From NCBI GenBank assembly GCA_009103225.1, contig RHPI01001202.1, positions 367,206 through 431,205 on the forward strand: DNA of 64,000 nucleotides, in the 5' to 3' direction. How positions within the stretch are numbered: the first letter of the stretch is position 1; every line of letters begins with the position of its first letter. The notes beneath the pieces are model-generated. The model did not search any database, was not told the origin of the DNA, and saw only the letters and a list, made by a program, of their open reading frames with translations. This document shows, piece after piece, positions 23,548 to 35,048 of this stretch. This DNA comes from Chlorokybus atmophyticus. Its lineage: Eukaryota > Plantae > Mesostigma and Chlorokybus algae. The position numbers and the translations under genes are program-made.

Positions 23548-24135
23548 TCAATGGGACGATTCTGTGGGGTACTGACTTTTGTGAAACGGTACATCGAATG
23601 CTGCACATCGGCCAACAGCCTCCTCAAGCCGATACGACCCCGTTGGTGCCGGTTGCCCTTTTGCACCTTTTTCGTATCGTGGCCTTTGTAACCACACCTT
23701 TGTCAGAAGCTGTGCTGCGCTTCTGAAGAGCCGCTTCATGTCGGCATTTCTGCCGCAGCAGGATGCCTTGCAGCCGGCTTTTGTCGCTGGTTTAAAAAAG
23801 AGGATATAGCCACCCGTTTGCGGCTGTCTGCAGCTGCAGGCGTATCGGACAAGTTGGCCGATCCGGTGGACGGAAAGCTTATCGTCGGACAGTCCGCCTG
23901 TCGCGCGCGAAGCGCTGAAAACTACCACACAAAAAGGTTGTGTGCGTATCATATCATTGCTACTTGAGCCGGGCGATTTCCCTGGCTTGTTTTTCTTTTG
24001 GGGCTGCGGGGCTTTGGGAGGATAGAAAGTGAGAAAAGCGAGAAAAGTGGGGGGCAAAAGGGGCGAAACAAAGTTAAACACACACCCCAGATCAGCAGGC
24101 TTCGCCGGCCACTTTACTTTCCAGAATTCATTCAT
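23548..24135 (-). other. 195-codon ORF of unknown significance, divergent from the F-box gene
   Basis: ATG start, uninterrupted frame and CpG-rich sequence; no recognised motif. Confidence 0.2.
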
Positions 24136-25004
24136 GCGAAGCAGCGGGGGGCCTGGCGGGAGCTCAGCACAGCTTAAGCTTTGCTGCAGGCGTCAGGTGG
24201 GGTGTTGCTGCCGCCCACCACGCCGCCGCCTCCGTCGCCGGTGCCTTCCGCCGCCTTCCGCTTGCTGTGTGTGGTAAAGGGGGGTGGATTTTGGCTTCAA
24301 TATACCAGCAGGTGAGAGTGGTAGCGAAATGTCGGAGCAAAACAAAACCCTTTCTGGCAGCTTCAGCCTGCTTGCGCCCCTGCGCGCTCAAGCACGCTCA
24401 ACATTGCATGCAGTCTCAGTCAAACGAGTTGTCTCTGCTGCCTCCAGCTGCCCAAGCTGGCTTGCTGCGTCGCTCGTCTTGAGTGAGTGTCGTCCTTGAG
24501 CTGAAAACGTTAAAATGCCACCGTCAGCGTGGCCAAATCTTGCCTAGCAGTCAGTAGTAAACCGCCATGTGGCAGAATAGCACCTGCCATAAGACAGGAG
24601 CTGTCGGTTTTGTTGATGCTGCCGTCTTGTCTTCGAGCCAAAACACCAATTTGCTGTGGGAGAGAGTGGACAGATGAAGCACTGAACCGCTGTGTGCTGT
24701 GTCCTTTTGTTGTGTTGCAACCGTGTCAGCTGCTGACGGTAAGCAAGTGATTGCGGTACACAGGTCATAGGACAAACTGTCTTGAGCGCTAATTTTGCAG
24801 TTGAACCCTGCCTGATAGGCTGCTGGTGTCTGTGTAGGGTGGCAACCTGCTTGGGATGGGAGATTGCGTGCAGCTCTAAATTGCTCTCTTTGACTTTCAA
24901 GGTGCAGCAGACATGGCGCAATGCTAACATTGGCAATGCGACTCCCCATGTGAGCTGAATCAACGCGCTCGCGTGGTGTGCTAGAAGGTGCGGGGGGAAG
25001 GAGC

Positions 25005-28000
25005 ATGGACGAATGCAGCCCTCCACGCAAGCTGGCTCGCAAATCCGCAGCTGTGCAGGATACGAGCAATAACCATCAGGATAACGATGAAGATCCGCCT
25101 TGCGTGTTTGCCGACCTCCCGGACAACTGCTTGGCTGCGATCCTAGAAAACCTTCCGACAGTTCAAGATCGCATGGCTGCAGGGCTCGTGTGCCGGCGTT
25201 GGCTGTATATTGAGCACAGCTTTCGCCAACGGTATACGCTGCTCTTTGGGGAGAAGCTGGCCAAGGTCAGGGCAAACATTTGCTGTTGTGCATGGGTGCT
25301 TGCTGGCGAGCGCCAGGCACATTGTGCACCGTGTATACCGTCCCTCGGCTCGGTTATATCACCTGCACGCACCCATATTCATATATATGTATATGTATTG
25401 CTGCTTGCGGTGGTCAACTCTCCTGGCTTCACATCTCCGCTCCCATAGGTGGCGCAAACGTTTCCTAGCACAACATACCTAGATGTAGCGCGTTGTCAGT
25501 TCAAGCACGGCGGCATTACAGACGAAGGGCTTAAGGCTGTGGGTGCCAACTGCAAAAGCCTGGAAGTTCTGGACATGTCAGGTGCATAGCGAACCCATGC
25601 ACATATCTTCTTACTTCAATCATGTTTCTGCCATGGGCAAGTCTCATGTTATGCTTGCCACCATTGCACCATTGCAGGCTGCACAGACGTCACGGACGCC
25701 GGTTTGATAGCTGTAGCACAGGGATGTAGAAATTTAGTTTCTTTAAATATTAGCCAATGCAGTGGCCTTCACGACGCCGGACTCATTGCTGTGGGCGAGT
25801 ACTGCAACGTCCTCCAGTATATTGACTTCTCCTTCTGCACTGGCATCGGCAACGATGGCGTGGCCGGCCTTGCTGACGGCTGCTGCCTCATCTATGGCCT
25901 TACTGGTATGGTGCTGGCTTGCACGCTGGTTGCGATGGCGTCCTCTCTTGAACTAATGATGTTGGTGTTGTTCAGCTTCAGGATGCACCAACGTCACAGA
26001 CGATGGCTGGAAGCACCTGGGTAACCTCATCCTTGCAACCACGCTGAAGCTTGATAGAAACCCGCACCTCGGTCACCAAGCTCTGCTCGCGATTGCGCAA
26101 GGCTGCAACAGCCTCAGCACGCTAAGCTTGGACGAGTGCACCAGCGTGGATGGCGCGTCTCTGGAGGCCTTCTCCACGGATCGCGTGCCGCTGCAAGCTC
26201 TTCGCCTAAACGGCTGCTCGGTCCGTACAGAAGTGATGATGTTCATAGTGTTGATGATGATGACGACTATGATGCTGATGACGATGTTGATGTATGACGA
26301 TGTTGTGTCATTCCGCACATGGGTTGTGTCTTACTGGCTGTTTCTGGTGTGTGGGGCAGAATATCAATGAGTTTGGACTTGCGTCATTGGGGCGCAGCTG
26401 TTCTCGACTCGTTATGCTTCAGTTGAACCGGTGCCCAGGGGTAAGCCTGTGCCAATGGACATTTTTGTGTGTCACTTTGCAAGCTTGCGCAACTTTTATA
26501 GTTGTATATCACAGGTCACCCGGTACGCCATCAGCATGATTGCACGTGGGTGCTTGGAGCTCGCTTCCTTGCACATCAGCCATTGTCCATTGGTCAATGA
26601 TGAGTGTCTGGAGGTAGACTCCTGGCTTGCAGTTTGTGTGCAATGTGTGGTGACAGTCAGTCGTCCCATTGCTCCAGCGTGCTCACGACCAGGTTGCGCG
26701 CAGATACTCGCACAACACTCTTCGAACCTAGTGTTGTTGAACTTGACGTCTTGTTCTGGAATAGGGGATGAGGGGGTCACAGTACTTGGCCATCACCCAG
26801 CTCGCAGCCAGCTAAAATCCCTGTATCTTGCTGAGTGTCAAGGTACATGTTGGTGTGTGCTGTCACATGTGTCGTCACTGCAGTCGACGTTGCGACTGTC
26901 AGGGCTGCACACATAGGTTTGCTATAGTATCAAGGTGCTTTGCATACTGTGCACCACGGAGGGCGCGCATGCTTGAGTAAGTGCATCCCATTCTCTTAAC
27001 CCCCCAACATCTGTTTGTGTAAGATACGGCGTATCTGATACGCCATCAAAAATTTTCTTGGTATATAGACAAGTGCATTCGGAGTTCTTGCAATGCAAAC
27101 CACAAAAACAGGGCTGGGATTCGTGAGTGACTTGCTGCTCAATTAGCAGTGTAGCACGCTTGGGCGTGGGCTCTCTTGCTTGGTCGTTGCTTCGTCAGTG
27201 GCAATGCACATATGGTCGCGTGGGGCACTGCAGTATGTTGTCCCCTGCTCAACGGTGTACACAGTCAAGAGCCAAATTAGCTGAGTTAGTCGCTGTCTTG
27301 CAGGCTTGCAGCAATGCGAGCTGGCGGGTCTTGAGGCATTGGAGGTCCTGAGCTTATCGGGCTGCACCAACGTGACGGATTACACGCTGCGCTCCATTGG
27401 CACGCACTGCAGAGGTCTTCAGTCCATGTCTCTGAGCGGATGCCTCCAGCTTGATGATATTGGGCTCGGGTTCATTGCCCGAGGCTGTGCCGTGCTTCAC
27501 ACCATCGAGCTCAACGACTGCCCGACCACTGACTTGGGCATCCAGCTAATGGTGCATTCGTGCAACATCCTCACTGAACTGCAGCTCGTACGATGCAACC
27601 TCATCACAGACAGGTATTACGCCAATATGCCAACCATCTGCTGTGTTGTTGCATCATTGCTGTCCAACCCTCAGCCAACCACAGCTTCTCATAACGCTCT
27701 CTCCTCGTCAGCACAATGGCATCATGCAGAGTTTAGAACTGTGATTCAGAGTGACACAACTGTCACAGGTCCCTTTTCGCAATTGGCAATGGTTGCACGC
27801 TCCTCGTCACGTTGGACTGTTCGTACTGCGATCGCATCACCGACGAGGGTCTGAAAGCTCTGGCTGCGGTGAGTGCTGTGTGCTGTGATGACATCAATGC
27901 CAGTTAATAGACTGGCCAAGTTGGGTCTTTCTTTTGTCATATTGCAGGGCTGTGTCTTGTTGGAAGATATAGTCGTCGATAACTGCCCAAACATCACCGA

Positions 28001-28424
28001 TGAAGGCCTCGGGGCGCTGGGTGAAGGCTGCCCGTCGCTTCGTCTGGTGGACGTTTCTAATTGCACGCGGATCACAGGCAAGTTGCAACTGGCTGTCATG
28101 TTTTAGCCAATGCAACCTGACATGGCCAAACTCAAAGCTGGTTGTGTACAGCACAGCCAGTTGCATGCGTTGAAGATATGTAAGTGTACAGCATCTGATT
28201 GGCTATATTTTGCTGTGAGTGCAGATACTGGTGTGGAGACATTGGTTCACAGTTGCCCATCAATACAGCGATTGCGCATGCGCAATTGCACGCAGCTGAC
28301 GGCCGCGGCACTGAGGAGCGCCTGGCAGCATTGCCATAAAATCCTGGACTTGGACGTGAGGGGTTGCGGCTTCAGCGAGGAAGTGCTGAGGGCCGCACCC
28401 TTGTACTGCATTGTCAGGCACTAG
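25005..28424 (+). CDS. F-box/leucine-rich repeat protein (AMN1/FBXL-type LRRs); multi-exon
   Basis: F-box FADLPDNCLAAILENLPTVQDRMAAGLVCRRWL followed by many LxxLxLSxCxxITDxG repeats (LVSLNISQCSGLHDAGL, LEVLSLSGCTNVTDYTL, LRLVDVSNCTRIT). Canonical introns; probable 5' UTR exons near 24.2-24.9 kb. Confidence 0.9.
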
Positions 28425-31400
28425 GCTAGTCGTATTGGTATTTGAACGAGCGAGTCACACACGCAAGCATGTTGGCTTTCATGCACAGTTTGCACCATCT
28501 GAATAAGGGTGGCACTAGGTCCTGTAGCTTGAACCATTTTGTTGCAGTGGTTTTGTGGAGAAAGCTGCTGTACATTTAGTTGCATAAGCCGTTCAGCTAG
28601 AATTGTCAGCCCGGTTGGTTTCACCAATGTTGAGGTGGACTTGCTGTATGCTCTACTACTTATTAGGTTGGCACCTTACTATTCTATCCTGATGAGACTG
28701 GCATCTGTTGCCCGTGCAAAGTGTATAAAAGATACAACGGGCATCTCATGCTTGCTAGGTCACACACCAAACGTGTTGACATGCCACCACACAGGTAGCC
28801 CGGTGGTGAAATAAGTTGCTGCCATGATGGACTGTGACTGCTGGTGTATGTTGCATGGGCCGTGCAATTGTGAGTCACATGCACAGCATGCAAATTTTCT
28901 ACACAGCAGCATACAATACACACTAGCAAACAATACATTCACTGGGTAGCTATTAGCTAGTTCACCTTTCAACCTATTATGCACCTAGCTACTCACCACC
29001 TCCGTCATGCATGCTAGCACAGTCGTTTAATTACCTGTGCACGTATGGGTAGTAGCCTAAGTGTATTGGGTAGGCAATTAAACGTGTACGTAAGTCTCAA
29101 GAGCGTGCATGTCCGTGCAGACATCCAGCAATATATGCAGCCAGCAGTCCTCGTGCACCTCCCCCCTCCTCCCCCTCGTTCTCCTCCTCTGTCTTCCCCT
29201 CTCCTCCTCCCTTCCCATCATCCACACCCTCCTCCTAAGAAGGAGAGAGGAGAACTCCTCCCCTGCGTCGCTGCCCTGGTGGCTCTCATGGTGTAACCCT
29301 TGTCACGGGCGGGCCACCTCCCCCCTCCCCGCCCCTCTGCCCTGCACCTCTGTCTGCGACCGTGCCTCCACGCTGCAGTCGCTGTCGCAATGTATAATAT
29401 AGAATGCCAGGATTGCGGCATGCATGAGAGTGTGACACACGTATAGCAAGTCAACTCAGCACACTATGAAGCACTCACATTGACTATCGGGCTGCCAACC
29501 TAGTCACTACCTACCTTCACTACTGCCCCGGGCTGTAGTGCAAGGGTATGGGCCATACCCCATTACACATGCATGCATGCATGCTTGCGCGTGTCATCAC
29601 TTGCACACAGCTGTTGCATCAGTGCCCCGTACATCCATGTGGTAGACTCACGCACTCCCCGCGCCGCTGCTCCCAACCCTCCACCGCCAACCATTGCAGT
29701 CTTTGCGTCATTGCCGCATGCAGTCGTGCTGCGCTTTAAAGTTTCATCAACCCGTGCAATGTATAGGGTATGCATCGTAGTCATCCCACAAACATGCTCA
29801 TTTGCAAGTAGTCAGCACGCCCAAGAACAAACCACCACCAACATCAACACAATTATTACACAATTATTACATCCGGGGCCTTCAGCACCTATCCTACACT
29901 ACATTCAATGCCTTACGTGCAATGCAATGCAAATGTGGAGCAGCAGGAGGCACCAGCAGCCAACCAACGACTCAACCAACCCATGAAGCACGTGCGATAG
30001 GCAAAGGTGAGAAGCGGTAGTGACGCGCAGCAAGAAACGAATGGCAAGACAAGTGCGATGATGTGCAGTAATGTGCTGCGTGCTCTGCCGCCCTTCCCAC
30101 ACATAAACCCCACGTCACGTCAACCCCCGCGAACTGTTCAGTGTGAGCCGCGAAAGGTGCAGCTGTCACGCCTAACAGGCAAGGCATGATCACTCTCAGC
30201 TGCTATGTTGCTTTATATGACATCATGGTTGCATAGGGAGTTCCAGTTCTTCGGTGGGTGCAGTACCCAAGTGATGCGCTCATGCAACCAGCCCTTGTAA
30301 TTAAGAAGTCTTGGGCAAGATGAATTGTGCAGCACACTAATAAGCAGCTAGCACAGAGCCGGTCAGTGTCTAGTGACAAGATCTGTTGTGACTGAGTGTC
30401 ACATCTGCATGTTGATGTAACGACGTGCACATATGCCAGTGGCATATGCTTGTGTCTTCTGAGGACCTGTGTGGCCAACACATAAGATTGCGTCAGCACA
30501 TGCTAACCAATGAGGCCGGAGGCCGTTGAGTAAGCGTGTGGCCAAGTGGGAAGGCAATAGTAGAGGAGTACTTAAGGCTAAGCTGGAATGTGTCTGGCAT
30601 TTGGTCTGGTGCTGTCTTGCTATGGGATTGGGGTGCTTAGCTGAGCTGTTCAAGGGGCTTTCCTCCCCCTCCTGGTGAGGGTGGTGCTGGTGGTTGGGTG
30701 TGGGTGTGTTGAGAGCGGAGGTGCTCCTGCAGAGAAGGGCGCCTCCTGAATGCACTTGGTGGCAAAGCTTTTCAAAGGCAAGTGCTTCCTGTTTGACCAC
30801 CAAGCTCCGTCTCTCCGACACCCAGACGGGTCCGCCCCTTGCATGCTGTGTTGAGCATAGTCCTCATGCATAGCATGTAACTGTACATGATGATACACAC
30901 TGCCATGATGATGCACTCGTATAATTGAGTGCATTGGGGCCATGCCAGCTGCATGTGATATAGTTGGCAGGAGTGTGTCACACATGTGCACAAATTCTGA
31001 CTTGCATTGCGCATTGTGTGCTGCTAGTCGTTGCTCTGGCATTGCGTGTAAGACGCTGTCAGGCTTACAGTTGTTACAGCAGCAATGTTGGTGCAATAAT
31101 GTATGCTGATGTATGCACAGCACTCCTTGTGTCGTTGCACCCATCCGGCTGCAGCTTTGTATGTTACGGTCTTGTTGACAACGTGTGCATCATTGCTTAC
31201 TTGGATGTAGTGGCTATGCGCATAACTATATGGGGCCGACGGTACAAAACAGGTTGAGGCGTGCTGTGAGGCGGCGAGATAAGGTGATGATATTAAAGAT
31301 GCAGAAGGCATTACGCGCATGCAAGAAAGCACTTACCCACATGCAAGGAACAGTCATGCATGCTGGCATCACCTTCAACTTATACACACGACCACCGAGC

Positions 31401-32026
31401 TAGTGTGCTAGCACTAGCAACATCACCCGCTGACCGTGTCAGTCAGGTAATTACAAGTTTGCTTGCATACATGCATGCAAACCCGTCATTACTTGCAAAT
31501 AGCACGGTGTGTGATGTGCATGTATTGGTGGTGTGCTTGTTTGCATTTGGCTCCTACGGTGCATTTTCTTTTGCTTGATTGCAACTGCTATGTTTGCTAA
31601 GCACATATTATGTGCTTAGCAATATCTCTTCAGTGTAGAGAGCAAGCTGCTTCTTGCAGATGTACATGGACACATACTCCTCTCGCATCTTCTATACACA
31701 GAACATCCAATGAATACTTGCATTGCTGCGACTTCTCACTCACACAAACACCATTACATCGCACACTTCCACACAATCATCTCATGGTCGCACAACAAGG
31801 GGATGTGGGGGCAAAGGCCGAGTTACAACAACTAACTCATCAACTGCGACATGAACCTCACGGTGAGCCCTAAGACACGGACACTATGATCCTCATGTAG
31901 CACAACAAGGATGTGGAGCAAGAAGAGATAGCATGTAGCGAAGGACAACTTGCAGAGGGTAGGGAGCATGACATTGTTAGTAATGGCTTTCATTATGTCT
32001 GATTGCGCACATAGCAAAATCGTCAC

Positions 32027-32503
32027 GGTGCCTGAATATACACTGAGCTGTCTGAGGGTGCCTAACTAGAGCCTGAGCTATGTCTGAGGGTGCCCGATCT
32101 CGTCGGAATATTAGGTTAAGGGACTGACTGGACAAAAGTCACCTTTTGTAGACTTATGTTCACGGCCAATTGTCGTACTGGCAAGTGGCATAAGCTTGCC
32201 AGAAGTTTTGAGCAGTCCGTGACATGGTACTCTAGCATCGCTGGTCGTCCTTGTACCGCACCCGTGGATGACGCCGTACACCATCAGTCCCGTGCCGTCT
32301 GCCCAAACGACATGTCTGTGCGGTACATGTGAGTGGGCGAGAGGCATATTTTTGAATGGCTGGATGGATTCTGCAATAAACGTTGTTAACAGGGGTATTT
32401 ATGTTTTTTCCAAGCAAATGTCGGGTTCAACACTTTACGGGTTGTGGCCCACGACCCGTAGAGTGTGTTGAACACAATGTTTGGGTTGCTGGGCACAACC
32501 CGA
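32027..32503. other. Direct repeats followed by a hairpin-rich segment (candidate structured RNA or element terminus)
   Basis: GGTGCC three times, two within ctgagct(a t)gtctgagggtgcc (32043, 32073). Stems at 32121-6/32213-8, 32132-8/32143-9, 32162-6/32172-6, 32178-85/32195-202, 32252-61/32318-27 and 32425-47/32449-73. Confidence 0.5.
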
Positions 32504-32965
32504 GAGAGCGTTGTATGCACACTTATGTGAAAAGAGTATTTCACCACGGTGTCATGCTAACCCGATTACAAGAAGACGCACGTTTTGAGCGGCAAGTATC
32601 CACTTATTGTGAGCCACACGAACCCGCCCACATTGAGTCGCTGCGCATGGTTCGCACCTTTATTCATTGACAGGCATGGCGGAGCTGTTGTGTGACATGG
32701 CCAATCAAGGTTACAACTATCCTCTGTATTGGCAAAGCTGCATGGTCACCGCGGTAGTATTTCACACAGCATGTTTACATGTTCATCAGCACATCAGCCA
32801 AAAATAATGTGAATATGTTTGATCGTTGTTGTTGGTGCTCTCTTATTGGTCAGAAGCTTGGGCCAGCCCATTGCACAGCGCAGTTGTTGTTGCTGCCATC
32901 GCTGCAACTGACATTGTGTGTGACCTACCTTGCCAATCGCTTGGGCACATACATCTACTCCCCCC

Positions 32966-33236
32966 NNNNNNNNNNNNNNNNNNNNNNNNNNNNNNNNNNN
33001 NNNNNNNNNNNNNNNNNNNNNNNNNNNNNNNNNNNNNNNNNNNNNNNNNNNNNNNNNNNNNNNNNNNNNNNNNNNNNNNNNNNNNNNNNNNNNNNNNNNN
33101 NNNNNNNNNNNNNNNNNNNNNNNNNNNNNNNNNNNNNNNNNNNNNNNNNNNNNNNNNNNNNNNNNNNNNNNNNNNNNNNNNNNNNNNNNNNNNNNNNNNN
33201 NNNNNNNNNNNNNNNNNNNNNNNNNNNNNNNNNNNN
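32966..33236. other. Assembly gap flanked by C runs
   Basis: 271 N. Confidence 0.99.
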
Positions 33237-33271
33237 CCCCCCTCTAACAGCAAGCGGACAGAGAGCATTGT

Positions 33272-35048
33272 CTACCATACAAAGGGGATTACCGCTCTTC
33301 GTGTCCTTGGATAGTCTTCAAACTTGTTAAGGTACCACTCATGATGGTGCTTGCCTCTAGGGCCTATGTTACAAAAGGTAAACAGCGCAAACGCTGCGGA
33401 TGCCAGCGACCAGCTTGCAACCGCAAAACCTGCCCATTCCACAATCTCCCCAAAGTAATGCGCAGCTGCAAATACATGCGGGGAAGGAGAGAGAGCTTGT
33501 CAGACATTTACGGGACACCTTCAAGGATGCCTTGAGGCATACCACACATACCAAATCAAGCGCAGCTCACTCTTGATAGATGTGTACCTCAAGCAGGCAA
33601 TCACACATTGTTACCTGAGACTAGCTCAAAGCAGCCACCTCGCGGTATTTTGTACCCTGCCGACACCAGGCACGTTGACATTCTTTGTAATGAGGGCATG
33701 CATGCTACACAGATGTTGCAGAGCTGCACAACAATGCTACACTGTACCACTTACCATTCTCCCCAGGCTTTCTCAAGTTTCGCAACACGCTGTCTGAGTG
33801 CTGGTTGATCAACCTGCAGTTACAAATGCTGACTGCTGCGTACATGCATACAATTGGCAAAGCGTATACACATGCAAGCTTAGGTTGTAACGAACAACTT
33901 ACAAGCCAGCTGCCCAGATAACCACTCCAAGAAACAAACGGGGATTCAACTCAATTACGCGAAGCCTTGTCAAGTCACGCCCCTGCACAATGTTGAACAA
34001 ACCACACTTGTGAGAATGTAAGGTACAAAAACAAAGAATTTGCAGTGACAGCAGTAAGCAGTAATCGTCCATAAACGTACCTGCATGTAACCGTTAACAA
34101 CGCAGAATACAAACGACATGAGGCAGACAGAAAAGGGAGTGCCTTTGCCACCGCGCATGCGAAGCGGGTATATGAAAGCCCTGTTAGCATACTGCCACAC
34201 AGCCAACTTGTCATGGTGCTGTTTAGTGCAAGATATGACCAGCTCTACACACGAGTAGCAGGGATGTGTTGCTCACGCTTTACGTGCAAGAGGAAGAGGT
34301 ATAGCAGCAGCGTGTTGGCGGGGGAAAGAGTCCGGCCATTCATGCGCTCGTGCAGCAGCAAGCCGAGTGGTATTATGAAGGATGGGAACTCCTGAAGCAC
34401 CCATGCCAGCTTGCCGTTCATCACGTAGCCCCACCCATCACGCACATACCTGCGTGTGCGGTGTCACACCAACTGTCTCGACGAACTCGGATGTATACAT
34501 AGCATCCAACAAGCACAGACGACTCTGAGGTTTTTACGCTTGCGTGCACGAGAATCTCATAACTTTGAGATGCGCGCAATTGCAAAAACTGGCTGCAAGA
34601 CTGGGTCCAATGAGCATGCAAAGTAAAGTGGCAACTGTTGGGCGATTAACGTTTACGCACAAACAAGGTGACTGGTAGCAAGCACTCAGATGTGAGTAGT
34701 CGCAAGCAACGCAGCAGGTGCTCGTCATCACTGACGTAACCCCAATCGTCAACACACAAACTTGCATTACCGCGCCTCACAATCAAACCTCATCAACACC
34801 AACACCAATCATCCTTGTCATCAGCATCGTCCTGCACACAGACGGCAACATGCATGCATGCTGGCCCAGGCCCGCGCCTCCTGCCTGCCGTAAGGGGCGG
34901 TGATTCCTGCCGTCAGCGCCAGGAAGGTGGGCGGCGCCAGCGCCAGCATGGCCAAGCAACACGCCGCGTGCAGGGGGGCGTCTGCTGGCTGTGGCGGCAG
35001 CGACCGCATCGCCGCCGCCGCCTCTGATTCTCCCGGATCCGCCACCAT
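33272..35048 (-). CDS. DET2: Steroid 5-alpha-reductase (DET2/SRD5A family); multi-exon
   Basis: ITAPYGR...GWG...LAWVLQEFPS, HYANRAFIYP, NQHSDSVLRNLRKPGENGYKIPRGGCFELVS, AHYFGEIVEWAGFA and GPRGKHHHEWYLNKFEDYPRTRRAVIP. ATG at 35048; TAG at 33274-33272. Confidence 0.92.

Noticed and set aside
28960-31960. GC-rich or pyrimidine-rich patches and short ORFs (e.g. 30399-30821, 31185-31403)
   Set aside because: No motif and no consistent splice chain; cannot be supported as genes.
32220-32300. ctgatg on the minus strand as a hammerhead ribozyme core
   Set aside because: It lacks CUGANGA and the partner GAAA. No group I or group II intron core motifs were recognised either.
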